A DNA stretch of 53,310 nucleotides from Thermoanaerobaculia bacterium (GTDB taxonomy: Bacteria > Acidobacteriota > Thermoanaerobaculia > Gp7-AA8). The notes beneath the pieces are model-generated. The model had not been told where the DNA came from, did no database searches, and saw only the letters and a program-made list of their open reading frames with translations. The stretch covers positions 1 through 53,310 of the forward strand of contig DATELS010000330.1 of the NCBI GenBank assembly GCA_035276365.1, read 5' to 3'. Below, in pieces: positions 17,086 to 28,946 of this stretch. The translations under genes were made by a program, and so were the position numbers. Each line of letters opens with the position of its first letter. The first letter of the stretch is position 1.

Positions 17086-17547
17086 ATGAAACGAATCATC
17101 CTCCCTCTTCTCTCTTTCGTTCTTCTCTCCCTGATCGCACTTCCCACCTATGCGCTGCGCGACGTCGCCTCATCCGATGATGTGATTCGGCTGTGGAAGG
17201 CCGGGTGGCGCGAAGCGGACCTCGTCGATTTCATTCGCGAAAACGAGATCTGGATCGATCTCTCCGCATCCGAAGTCGCGGACATGGCCGAGGCAGGGAT
17301 TCCCCGCGAGACGATCGACAAGATCGTGGACGAGATTGACGCGAACGAACCGCGTCGTGCTCCGGTGCGGAGAACGTATCGGCCTCGCCGCGTCGATCCG
17401 ACGTACGGCTACTACGATCCGTACTATTACCCGCGTTATCCGCGCTGGTCAGCCCACATCGACTTCGGCCACTTCGGCTTCGGTCATCACGGCGGCCATT
17501 TCGGCGGCGGTCATCACGGCGGCGGCCATCACGGCGGCCATCACTGA
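17086..17547 (+). CDS. Secreted protein with a Tyr/Pro segment and a His/Gly-rich C-terminal tail; paralogue of 28404..28880
   Basis: AAAGGAG RBS. Signal peptide is MKRIILPLLSFVLLSLIALPTYA. The tail is YYDPYYYPRYPRWSAHIDFGHFGFGHHGGHFGGGHHGGGHHGGHH. Confidence 0.65.
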   Translation: MKRIILPLLSFVLLSLIALPTYALRDVASSDDVIRLWKAGWREADLVDFIRENEIWIDLSASEVADMAEAGIPRETIDKIVDEIDANEPRRAPVRRTYRPRRVDPTYGYYDPYYYPRYPRWSAHIDFGHFGFGHHGGHFGGGHHGGGHHGGHH

Positions 17548-17551
17548 ACCG

Positions 17552-18454
17552 TCAGTCGCGGTGCGGCAGCGGTTTGGGCGGGCCGACGTCGAGCACGAAA
17601 TCGGCTCGGATGGGATCTCCTCCGGCCAGGAACTCAACCCATAGCTTGTACTTGCCGGTGTGCGGAAACTGCGCGTGGAAGATCACCTCGGGGCCGGTGT
17701 CTCCGATGTGCCGCCGGTGATCCTTGTCGAGCTCGTTCGGAAGGGCCGGTAGATGCGCACGTCCGCGCATTCCACTGAGTGCTTCGCCATCCGTGGAGTG
17801 CGGATAAGAGACGAAGTCCTCTCCGCCTTCGCGGATGATCACCATGTGGCCGGGCCTTCCCGTGGGCGTGAGGTTCGTAACGGGCGCGCCGTCGCGTGAG
17901 ATCTCGAAGATCAGCGAGCTCCAGATCGTGGCTTCGGGCGGTTCCGGCTTTGTGCGCAGGCGGACGGTGTACCTCCCACTGGCTTTCTCGCGCGGGGACG
18001 CGGAGAGCGATTCGGCAGAAGGCGATTGGGTCTCCCCGCCAGCAATCACGATTTGTTTTTCAACGCGCTGTGGACCATTCGGCGGCCGGATGATCGCGTA
18101 GAGAATGTATCGGCCTGCGACGGAAAACGTGATGCCGCTCGTCCAGATGTTGCCTTTCCTTTGCGGGTGAAGATGCTGGTACCATCGCAGATCGCTGCTG
18201 ACGGCGACCAGATGCACCGGGTGCCCGGCGATCGGCTCGAGACGCGGCGGATCGCTTCCGTGTCCGACTTGCACCCGAATGTTCGACCGTGTGCCGACGA
18301 CCGGGCGCTCCGGATCGACCGCGATCGTCATTGCGAAAGCATCGGGAGCGGGAGTGGCGGCGTCGGGCTTGATGTCGGGTAGCTCCGGCTCTGGGCGCTC
18401 GCAGGCGATCACGAAGATGGCGAACAAGAGGAGCGGAGCCGCTGCTCTCGTCAT
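17552..18454 (-). CDS. Lipoprotein with two tandem beta-sandwich-like His-rich repeats (putative periplasmic metal-binding protein)
   Basis: Lipobox FVIAC. Two similar halves each carry H-x-V...H-x-HP...F..FP/F-x-x-GxY patterns (HPVHLVAVSSDLRWYQHLHP...GRYILY and PGHMVIIREGGEDFVSYPHS...FPHTGKYKLWVEF). Confidence 0.55.
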   Translation of the reverse strand: MTRAAAPLLLFAIFVIACERPEPELPDIKPDAATPAPDAFAMTIAVDPERPVVGTRSNIRVQVGHGSDPPRLEPIAGHPVHLVAVSSDLRWYQHLHPQRKGNIWTSGITFSVAGRYILYAIIRPPNGPQRVEKQIVIAGGETQSPSAESLSASPREKASGRYTVRLRTKPEPPEATIWSSLIFEISRDGAPVTNLTPTGRPGHMVIIREGGEDFVSYPHSTDGEALSGMRGRAHLPALPNELDKDHRRHIGDTGPEVIFHAQFPHTGKYKLWVEFLAGGDPIRADFVLDVGPPKPLPHRD

Positions 18455-18509
18455 CGGACTGCTCCATCCCGTCATCTCCGTCAGATGCTGCGCTCGGTGA
18501 TGACCGAGG

Positions 18510-18665
18510 TCAAGGTGTCAGCTTCGCCACGAGAATCTTGTCGATGCGGCGGCCGTCCATGTTCACGATCTGGAAACGAAAACCCGCGACTTCGATTCTG
18601 TCCGCGACCTTCGGCATCCTTTCGCCGAGGTGACTGATGCTGCGTCCACGTTGCAGTCCGTCGAG
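18510..18665 (-). pseudogene. Remnant of the C-terminal CorC_HlyC (transporter-associated) domain of a CBS-domain CorC/TlyC-type protein
   Basis: In-frame translation is LDGLQRGRSISHLGERMPKVADRIEVAGFRFQIVNMDGRRIDKILVAKLTP*. This matches the ...lGr.P.vGd.ve..g..f.V..mdgrRI.kv.v signature. No CBS or DUF21 part lies upstream, and the frame runs antisense into the gene at 18695. Confidence 0.45.
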
Positions 18666-18694
18666 GGAGCCGGGAGTACAATTGCCATCCGCCC

Positions 18695-19063
18695 ATGGGT
18701 CATTCGTTCCGCAGCCGACGTGACACGGCGAGACGCCGCTGGCGCTCCATCGTGCGTGTCGTGGCGCTCGTCTTCCTGGTGATCACGGCGGTGGACTTGA
18801 CGAGTCCGCAGTTCTGCGGTGAAGAGACCGCGCCGCTATTCCGGGCGCTGCATGCCGGCGCGACTATCGATGTCGATGCGCATCCGCAGCCGCCGGTGAG
18901 CTCGCGCGAAGACTGTTTCTGCTGCTGCTCGCACGTGGTGCACGTCGGGCTGACCGCGCGCGTCTCGTCTCCTGCGATGTCGGGAGCCATCGTGCGCGCC
19001 GCTGCGTCACAGGTCCCGTTCACCACGCCACGCGCGCTCTTCCACCCTCCGCGCCTGGTCTGA
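18695..19063 (+). CDS. Small membrane-anchored Cys-rich protein with a REDCFCCCSH motif; paralogue of 21541..21903
   Basis: WRSIVRVVALVFLVITAVDLTSPQFCGEE...REDCFCCCSHVVHV...LFHPPRLV. The same motif order appears in the czc-linked copy. Confidence 0.6.
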   Translation: MGHSFRSRRDTARRRWRSIVRVVALVFLVITAVDLTSPQFCGEETAPLFRALHAGATIDVDAHPQPPVSSREDCFCCCSHVVHVGLTARVSSPAMSGAIVRAAASQVPFTTPRALFHPPRLV

Positions 19064-19123
19064 CTCATCGCTCGAAATCGATTCACGGTGACGCGCCCGC
19101 GATGTTCGGGAGCGCGAGGAGTT

Positions 19124-19492
19124 ATGCCTGCCAAGATTCTCGTCGTAGACGACGACGGTTCGATTCGCCGTTTGATTGGACACTTGCTCCAACGACATGG
19201 TCTGCAGTTCGAGTTCGCCGAGAACGGAGCGGAGGCTCTGGAGCTCGTCCGTCGAACGGTGTTCGAAGCCGTTCTGCTGGACCTGATGATGCCCACGATG
19301 AATGGGTTTGATTTTCTCGATGTCGTGCGTTTGGAAAAACCGGAGCTCCTCGCCAGGACCATCGTCGTGACTGCGTTCAGCCGTCAAGGTCATCCGCCCG
19401 CGGTGGATGGCGTGTTCGCCGTCATTCGAAAGCCGTTCGATATCGACAATCTGCTGGACGTCGTAGACCTATGCCTCGAGAGCAAACAATGA
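19124..19492 (+). CDS. Single-domain response-regulator receiver (CheY-like)
   Basis: MPAKILVVDDDGSIRRLI...AVLLDLMMPTMNGFDFL...VVTAF...VIRKPFD has the acidic pocket, the phospho-Asp and the conserved Lys. No output domain is present. Confidence 0.85.
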   Translation: MPAKILVVDDDGSIRRLIGHLLQRHGLQFEFAENGAEALELVRRTVFEAVLLDLMMPTMNGFDFLDVVRLEKPELLARTIVVTAFSRQGHPPAVDGVFAVIRKPFDIDNLLDVVDLCLESKQ

Positions 19493-19701
19493 ACGACTGG
19501 AAGACGCGCGCGGCAGTCATCGCCGGACGGATCGCCCTCGGCATGAGCATCGTTTCCTTACTGGGAGCCTGGATCATTCAGTGGACGCAGCGTCCGATCT
19601 TCTCCCTCGACCAGCAGCACCTCTTTCTCGATTCGCTGGCGTTGGCGGCGATCGGAACGGGACTGCTCGTGAATGCGTTGTTGGTCGCGATACGCAAGTG
19701 A
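19489..19701 (+). CDS. Small two-TM membrane protein
   Basis: The ATG overlaps the receiver stop (ATGA). Sequence is MNDWKTRAAVIAGRIALGMSIVSLLGAWII...LALAAIGTGLLVNALLVAI. Confidence 0.45.
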   Translation: MNDWKTRAAVIAGRIALGMSIVSLLGAWIIQWTQRPIFSLDQQHLFLDSLALAAIGTGLLVNALLVAIRK

Positions 19702-19994
19702 GCCGCTCCATGTTGAACCGCTCGTTCTCGACCCCATCTCCCTCGCCTCGACGGCCTCGGTGTGCTTGGCTTTCTGAGCCATCAGGCCGAGCTGCTACGG
19801 CGCACCACGGTCATCAGCGGTTTGCCCTTGTTCGTCACCGCGCTCTGCCCGGTGTGCGGAACGATCCCTAAGCCGGTGAGCGCTCCAGGGCTGATCGAGC
19901 TCGTCAAAAAAGCGTCGGAATGGATGCCGCCGGGTGAGCACGCCCTTCGCATTGGCGGAGCCCGGCACTCATTCTTGCGAGGGAGGCAGCAACC

Positions 19995-21461
19995 ATGACC
20001 GGCGGCCGGTGGGTGGCGGTTTTGCTGTTGATGTGTGCGGCAGTGGAAGGTGCGGCGGGGTCGCTCGTCCGGCGTGAGAACGCAAAGGCCGGGACGAGTG
20101 CATGGAGACTCGCCGACATCGCCCGGGAAGGGGAGATCGAGGGATACGGATCGAAAGTTTCGGTCGAGCGCGGTGAGTCCATCGCGTTCTACGTTTCGAC
20201 AACGGACAGCAGCTACAGGCTCGAGGTGTTCCGCATGGGATGGTACGGCGGGAGCGGCGCACGGCGCGTGCATGGACCTGTCGAGCGCGCCGGCATCCGC
20301 CAGCCCGTTCCGCAGCCCGAGCCTGTGACCGGCTTGATCGAATGTGATTGGGTCGATCCGTACGTACTCTCCACCGTCGCCGCGGCGGATCCGACGGAGT
20401 GGATGAGCGGCGTCTATATCGTGAAGCTGACTGCCTCGAACACGAGGAAGGAATCACTCATCCATTTCGTCGTTCGTGAAGACCGGCGGTCCTCGGATGT
20501 GCTGTTTCAATGCGCCGTCACGCGCTACCAGGCCTACAACAACTGGGGCGGGAAGTCGTTGTACGACTTCAACAGCAGCGGCAGCCAAGCGGCGCGCAAG
20601 GTGTCTTTCGATCGGCCCTATACATTCCGGTCCGGGCCCTTCGAATTCATCCTGTCGTGGGAGTACAACATGGTGCGGTTCCTCGAGCGCGAGGGATACG
20701 ACGTGACCTACGCGACCAGCGTCGAAACGCATGCGTCTCCAGACATGCTGCTCACCCGCCGCGCGTTTCTGTCGGTCGGCCACGACGAGTATTGGACGTG
20801 GCAGATGCGGCGCAACGTCGAAGCGGCCCGCGACGCGGGCGTGGATCTCGGTTTTTTCTCGGCCAATACCTGCTACTGGCAGATGCGCTTCGAGGCCAGC
20901 CCTCGTACCGGCGAACCGCACCGGGTGATCGTCTCGTACAAGGAACGAGCGCTGAGCGAAGACCCTCTGGCCCGCGATGGGAATCCGTCCAACGATCATC
21001 TCGTGACCGCGAAGTTTCGGGACGTTCCGGTGAATGCTCCGGAGGAGACGCTGATCGGCGTGATGTACACGGCCAGCCCGGTGGACGGCGACATCGTCGT
21101 GGAGAAAGCGGATCACTGGGTCTTTGCCGGCACCGGGCTGCGGGAGGGAGATCGCCTTCCCGGGCTTCTCGGGTACGAGGTCGATCGCATGCATGGCCAC
21201 GCTCCGCCCGGCACGGTGCGTCTTGCCCATTCCCCGTTCGTCGCCACCGATGACGGCGAGACGGGGTTTTCGGACATGACCATCTACAAAGCAGCGAGCG
21301 GTGCCTACGTTTTCGCCACCGGCAGCATTCAATGGAGCTGGGGCCTGGACGAGTTCCGCGGCGGTACGCGGGCGAGCAACGCGGCGCACCAGATCACCCG
21401 AAACGTGCTGAACCGCTTCATCTACGGCGACCCTCGACCGAAACGGCGAGCTGTACGCTGA
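19995..21461 (+). CDS. Secreted N,N-dimethylformamidase-large-subunit-like (DUF6605-type) protein
   Basis: Signal peptide present. Contains VTRYQAYNNWGGKSLYDF, SVGHDEYWTWQMRRNVEAARDAGVDLGFFSANTCYWQMRFE and GYEVD. The family call is from memory of these blocks. Confidence 0.6.
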   Translation: MTGGRWVAVLLLMCAAVEGAAGSLVRRENAKAGTSAWRLADIAREGEIEGYGSKVSVERGESIAFYVSTTDSSYRLEVFRMGWYGGSGARRVHGPVERAGIRQPVPQPEPVTGLIECDWVDPYVLSTVAAADPTEWMSGVYIVKLTASNTRKESLIHFVVREDRRSSDVLFQCAVTRYQAYNNWGGKSLYDFNSSGSQAARKVSFDRPYTFRSGPFEFILSWEYNMVRFLEREGYDVTYATSVETHASPDMLLTRRAFLSVGHDEYWTWQMRRNVEAARDAGVDLGFFSANTCYWQMRFEASPRTGEPHRVIVSYKERALSEDPLARDGNPSNDHLVTAKFRDVPVNAPEETLIGVMYTASPVDGDIVVEKADHWVFAGTGLREGDRLPGLLGYEVDRMHGHAPPGTVRLAHSPFVATDDGETGFSDMTIYKAASGAYVFATGSIQWSWGLDEFRGGTRASNAAHQITRNVLNRFIYGDPRPKRRAVR

Positions 21462-21540
21462 AACACTCCCCTGGAATAGCGCTGCGCCTTCGCCCGCTTA
21501 CGATGCGTGTCTCTGGAGTAGAATCCCGCCCGCAAACGCT

Positions 21541-21903
21541 ATGACGCGAGCAGTTGCAAGTCGAGGTCCCACACACTGGCGCACGATCGCCCGCGCGGCG
21601 GCTGTGCTTCTCCTGATGCTCGCTGCCGCGGACTTGGCGTTTCCGCAGATCTGCCGGGAGAATGCATCTCGACTCCCGGCCGCCCCAGTGGCCGCGTCGC
21701 TTCAGGCGCAGCAGGCCGAAGGCAGCGGGAGCGATGAGACGCAGCGCGAGGATTGCTTCTGCTGCTGCTCGCACATCGTATCCGCGGAGCCGCAGACGCT
21801 TCAGACCAGTCTCCCGGGTACGCAGGGAGCTCTTGCCGCTCGCAATCTCCGCGAGCCGGCAGTGCCCGTGCTCTCGTTGTTCCGCCCTCCTCGGCTCGCG
21901 TAG
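21541..21903 (+). CDS. Small membrane-anchored Cys-rich protein with a REDCFCCCSH motif; first gene of the czc-like operon
   Basis: WRTIARAAAVLLLMLAAADLAFPQICREN...REDCFCCCSHIVSA...LFRPPRLA. It lies 73 nt upstream of czcC. Confidence 0.6.
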   Translation: MTRAVASRGPTHWRTIARAAAVLLLMLAAADLAFPQICRENASRLPAAPVAASLQAQQAEGSGSDETQREDCFCCCSHIVSAEPQTLQTSLPGTQGALAARNLREPAVPVLSLFRPPRLA

Positions 21904-21976
21904 TTCCTTCCTGAGCCGCTTCGTCCCTCGTTCGGTTTTCTGCTGAACGATCCGACTCCAATTCCTGAGGTTTTCG

Positions 21977-23314
21977 ATGATTGATCGATTTTCCATCGCG
22001 CGAGCGTGCTTGCTCTCGTTCGCGATGAGTGCCGTGGCCGCTGTGCCGGTCGCGGCTCAAGAAACCACGTCTACTACGACACAAGCGACGGCCCCCGCAA
22101 CGGCTGGCGGCGTCGAGGATCTCGTGCGCCGCGCGCTCACCGCGAACCGTGAGCTTGCCGCCGCGAGAATCGAGATCGCCCGCGCCCGCGCCCGTCGTCA
22201 GCAGGCCACCCTGCTTCCGAATCCGGTGCTCGAGTTCGAGCAAACCGGCGGTGCGCTCGGCATCTCCAAAGGAGAACGCGAACGCCGCGCCGAGATCTCC
22301 GTCCCGATCGAGTACGGCGGCAAGCGCGGCCGGCGCATCGACGTGGCTGAAGCCGAGTTGCGCGCCACCGAGGCATTCGTCGCCGATCGTGAACGGCGTC
22401 TCGCCGCAGAAGTACGGCGGCTCTATGCCGAAGCGGTCGCCGCGAACCGCGAGCTGTCGTTCACGAACGAGCTCACGCAGATCGACGCCGAGATCGGCAA
22501 CGTCCTGCAGGTGCGCGTGCGCGAAGGGGATGCGCCGCCGCTGGAGGAGAGCCTCCTGCGTGTCGAGATCGACCGCCTTCGTTCCCGCCGGGCCATGCTC
22601 GAGGGACGCCGCCGAGCGGCCGAACTGCAACTGGCGACGGTGATCGGGCTTCCCGCGAACGAGCGCATCGCCCTGGCCGACGGCTACAGCGAGGGCGTCA
22701 CCGTGCAGACGGTCGAGGAAGCCACGCGCCTGGCCTTACAGAACCGTCCCGATCTTCGTGCGGCCGAGCTGAACATCGCCGCCGCGGAAGCGGGCTTACG
22801 GCTCGCGAACGCCCAGGCACTGCCGGACATCAGCGTCTTCGCGGGCTACGCGAATGGCCGCAGCGGCTTCGATGACACGCCCGTCGGGCCGTTGGTCGAT
22901 CAGGACAAGCTGATCAACGCCGGTGTCGGCATCTCGATCCCGATCTTCAACCGCAATCAGGGAGCGAAGGCCGAAGCTGCCGCCGCGATCGAGCAGGCCA
23001 GACGCCTGCGCGAGCTGACGGAGCTGCAGATCCGCGCCGAGGTCGAGAGCGCGGTGGCCCGCTATCGCGCCGCCGACGCCGCCGTCGAGGTGTTCCGTCA
23101 GGGTGTCCTGGAGCGTTCGGAACAGAACGTCCGCACGATGCGCGCCGCCTACGAGGCCGGTGCGTTCACGATCAGCGAGTTTCTCGCCGAACGCCGCCGC
23201 CTCGTCGATGCTCAGCGCGAGCTGACCGAGGCGCTCACCGAGCGTGCGGTTGCTCTCATCGACCTGCAGGCTGCCGTCGCCGAGCCTATCGAAATCAATG
23301 AGGAGCCGAAGTAA
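21977..23314 (+). CDS. czcC: Outer-membrane efflux factor, TolC/CzcC family
   Basis: Signal peptide and two OEP repeats. Contains LVRRALTANRELAAARIEIARARARRQQATLLPNP and NRNQGAKAEAAAAIEQA. Confidence 0.85.
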   Translation: MIDRFSIARACLLSFAMSAVAAVPVAAQETTSTTTQATAPATAGGVEDLVRRALTANRELAAARIEIARARARRQQATLLPNPVLEFEQTGGALGISKGERERRAEISVPIEYGGKRGRRIDVAEAELRATEAFVADRERRLAAEVRRLYAEAVAANRELSFTNELTQIDAEIGNVLQVRVREGDAPPLEESLLRVEIDRLRSRRAMLEGRRRAAELQLATVIGLPANERIALADGYSEGVTVQTVEEATRLALQNRPDLRAAELNIAAAEAGLRLANAQALPDISVFAGYANGRSGFDDTPVGPLVDQDKLINAGVGISIPIFNRNQGAKAEAAAAIEQARRLRELTELQIRAEVESAVARYRAADAAVEVFRQGVLERSEQNVRTMRAAYEAGAFTISEFLAERRRLVDAQRELTEALTERAVALIDLQAAVAEPIEINEEPK

Positions 23315-24566
23315 TGAAACGGATCAACAACGAAGAAACTCAGGATACGACCGGCTCGCTGCGCAAGCGGATCGTGGCGATGGTCGTGGTGCTGCTCGTC
23401 GCTCTGGCCGCGCTTGCGTGCGGCGGCGGGGAAGACAAAGCAGCCGAGAAACCCGCCGCGGGAGCTGAAGCCGCCGAGGGCGAGAAACACGAGGAAGGCG
23501 AGGCCGAGGGGCTGGTCGAGCTCACGCCGGAGGCGGCGGCCGCGGCCGGCATTCAGTACGCGCAGGTGACGCAGCGCACCGCGATCGCGCCGCTCAAGGC
23601 CACCGGGACGATCGAGGCGAATCAGCAGCGGATGCAGCAGGTCACGCCGCTGGTCTCCGGACGTGTGGAGCGCGTGACCGCCGTGGCAGGGGATCGTGTC
23701 GGCGCCGGAGCCGTCCTGGCCATCCTCTCCAGCCCGGAGATTGCCGAGTTGCACGGCAAGGAGCTCGAAGCGCAGGCGCGCGTCAGTCTGGCGCAGTCGA
23801 ATCTTCGCCGCCTGCGCAAACTGAGCGAGCTCGGTGCCGCCGCGGGGAAGGACCTCGCCGCGGCTGAGAGCGAGGCCGCAACAGCCCAAGCCGAAGTGGC
23901 GCACATCCGCGCCAGCCTCGCGTCCCTCGGCTCCGACGAGCGGGTGAAAGGACACAGCATCTCCAGCGTCGCGCTGCGCGCCCCGATCTCCGGCACGATC
24001 ACCGAGCGGATGGTCAATGCGGGAGCTGGCGTCCAGGCGGGCACACCGCTCTTCTCCATCGCCGATCTCTCCACGGTCTGGGTCATCGCCAATGTTCCGG
24101 AAGCGCAGATCAGCAACATGCGCATCGGAACGGCGGCTGAGGTCCGTTCGCCGGCACTGGGGCAATCGATTGCCCGCGGGCGCGTCACTTACATCGATCC
24201 GGTGCTGAACGAACAAACGCGCACCGCGCGCGTCCGCCTCGAAGTGATGAATCCGAATCAGCAGCTGCGCATCGGCACCTTCGTCGAGGTCAACTTCGAG
24301 GCCGGCGCCGTCGCGCAGAGCGAAACCGCGACGGAGCTGGTCGTTCCGGACGAGGCGATCCAGACCGTCGAAAACAAGACGATCGTCTTTGTTCCCGACG
24401 CCAAGCCAAATCATTTCCAGATGCGTGAGATCCAGGTTGGTGGTCAGGCCGACGGCGTGCGCAAGGTCGTCGCCGGTCTCACGGCCGGTGAGCGCGTCGT
24501 GACCAAGGGCAGCTTCGTCCTCAAGACCCAGATGCTCAAGGGCGAGATGGGGGAGCACGGTCACTA

Positions 24567-24567
<1 letters not shown>
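23314..24567 (+). CDS. czcB: RND efflux periplasmic adaptor (membrane-fusion protein), lipoprotein-type
   Basis: Lipobox LAALAC, His/Glu-rich linker, then HlyD-like blocks (VSGRVERVTAVAGDRVGAGAVLAILSSPE and LRAPISGTITERMVNAGAGV). The start overlaps the czcC stop. Confidence 0.85.
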
Positions 24568-27659
<3,092 letters not shown>

Positions 27660-27669
27660 GGAGATAGTC

Positions 27670-28020
27670 ATGAAGATGATTGCAGCGGTGATCCAACCAT
27701 TCATGCTCACAAGGCTCACTCGGGCGCTTGAAGAGATTGAGGATTTTCCCGGCATGACCGTGATCGATGTACAGGGGTTCGGCCGCGAGAAGGCCCATCA
27801 CGATCCGGGTTCGCGCCATTCGCGCATCGAGGACGTCGTCGATTTCGTGAAGAAGGTGCGCGTCGAGATCGTCGCGCACAACTTCATGGTCGATCAGATC
27901 GTGAAGACGATCGCGGAGACCGCGCACACCGGGAATCGAGGCGATGGAAAGATCTTCGTGCTCTCCGTGGAGCATGCGGTGAGGATCAAGACAGGGGAAG
28001 CAGGAGACGCGGCAATCTGA
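27670..28020 (+). CDS. P-II (GlnB/GlnK)-like signal-transduction-fold protein
   Basis: MKMIAAVIQPFMLTRLTRALEEIEDFPGMTVIDVQGFGREK...KVRVEIVAHNFMVDQIVKTIAETAHTGNRGDGKIFVLSVEHAVRIKTGE shows the P-II fold pattern. It lies 10 nt after czcA. Confidence 0.8.
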   Translation: MKMIAAVIQPFMLTRLTRALEEIEDFPGMTVIDVQGFGREKAHHDPGSRHSRIEDVVDFVKKVRVEIVAHNFMVDQIVKTIAETAHTGNRGDGKIFVLSVEHAVRIKTGEAGDAAI

Positions 28021-28036
28021 ACAAAGGAGGTACCCC

Positions 28037-28366
28037 ATGGCTCTTCGAAGAATCGCAATGCTGACGTTCGTCGTGATCGCGGCCGGCTGCATCCATCACC
28101 AGGAGGCGGACAAGCTTCATCAGGCCTCGATGCGCAACCGTGAGCGGATCTCGGAGGTGACTCTCGGGCAGTCGTTCGCGGATGTTCAGGCCATCCTCGG
28201 CACACCTCAGAGTCGCGAAGCGGTGCGCACGTCGCGCGGCGACGAGGAGACGTGGGGGTATCTGATCGATTACGACCGCTCGATCATGTCGGCCGTGATC
28301 TTCGTCGATGGCAAGGTGGTCGAGATCCGGGAAGTGCCGTGGATTCGCGGTCATCACGGCCACTGA
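28037..28366 (+). CDS. Small lipoprotein, BamE/SmpA-OmlA (DUF3192)-like; paralogue of 28947..29255
   Basis: Lipobox VIAAGC. Contains VTLGQSFADVQAILGTPQSREAVRTSRGDEETWGYLIDY...FVDGKVVEIRE. Confidence 0.6.
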   Translation: MALRRIAMLTFVVIAAGCIHHQEADKLHQASMRNRERISEVTLGQSFADVQAILGTPQSREAVRTSRGDEETWGYLIDYDRSIMSAVIFVDGKVVEIREVPWIRGHHGH

Positions 28367-28403
28367 TGCAGTTCAACCGTTTCACCAACCGAGGGAGCTG
28401 TCC

Positions 28404-28880
28404 ATGAGAAGACGTTTGTTGGCTGTTTCGGTAATGGCAATCATGCTGTCGCTGCTCGCGCCGGCCGCGTTTGCGGTGCAAACCAGAGCGACGGCGGATG
28501 ACGTCATCAAGATGTACCAGGCGAACATGTCGGGCGCCGACATCGTGGCATTCATCGAGCGCGAAGGGGTCTACGCCGCGCTCTCGCAGGAAGACATCGC
28601 CCGGCTGGAGGAGGCAGGACTTCCGGCGCGCCTGATCGTGGCCGTCGATCGCACGTTCACGGAAATGGCCGCCGATGATCGTCAGCGCGCCGACTCCCGA
28701 ACGCGTGTCAGGCAGCCGCGCGCACGACGCCCTGTCGTCTACGGGTCGCCGTATTACGACCCGTTCTATCGTCCGTATTACTCCCCCTGGCACGCCGACA
28801 TCGGTTTCAGTTTCGGTCATGGCGGATTCGGTCACGGCGGCCGGCATGGAGGTTTCGGCGGCCATCGCGGCCATCACTAG
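28404..28880 (+). CDS. Secreted protein with a Tyr/Pro segment and a His/Gly-rich tail; paralogue of 17086..17547
   Basis: GAGGGAG RBS. Signal peptide is MRRRLLAVSVMAIMLSLLAPAAFA. The tail is YYDPFYRPYYSPWHADIGFSFGHGGFGHGGRHGGFGGHRGHH. Confidence 0.65.
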   Translation: MRRRLLAVSVMAIMLSLLAPAAFAVQTRATADDVIKMYQANMSGADIVAFIEREGVYAALSQEDIARLEEAGLPARLIVAVDRTFTEMAADDRQRADSRTRVRQPRARRPVVYGSPYYDPFYRPYYSPWHADIGFSFGHGGFGHGGRHGGFGGHRGHH

Positions 28881-28946
28881 GTACCCGGTTTCCGATTGGC
28901 CGCGCCTGCGCTGTGGGGCGCGGCCAATCGCGTCGAGGAGGCTGAC

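Noticed and set aside
19762-19998. 78-aa plus-strand ORF with a CPVCG motif in the 294-bp gap before 19995
   Set aside because: No RBS is visible, it overlaps the next gene's start, and it competes with an antisense ORF. There is not enough evidence to call a gene. The gap remains unexplained.
21496-21524. Sigma-70-like promoter (TTACGA ... TAGAAT) before the czc supraoperon
   Set aside because: The spacing is 15 nt for the best -35 match and the -35 is weak. It is plausible but not supportable without 5' end data.
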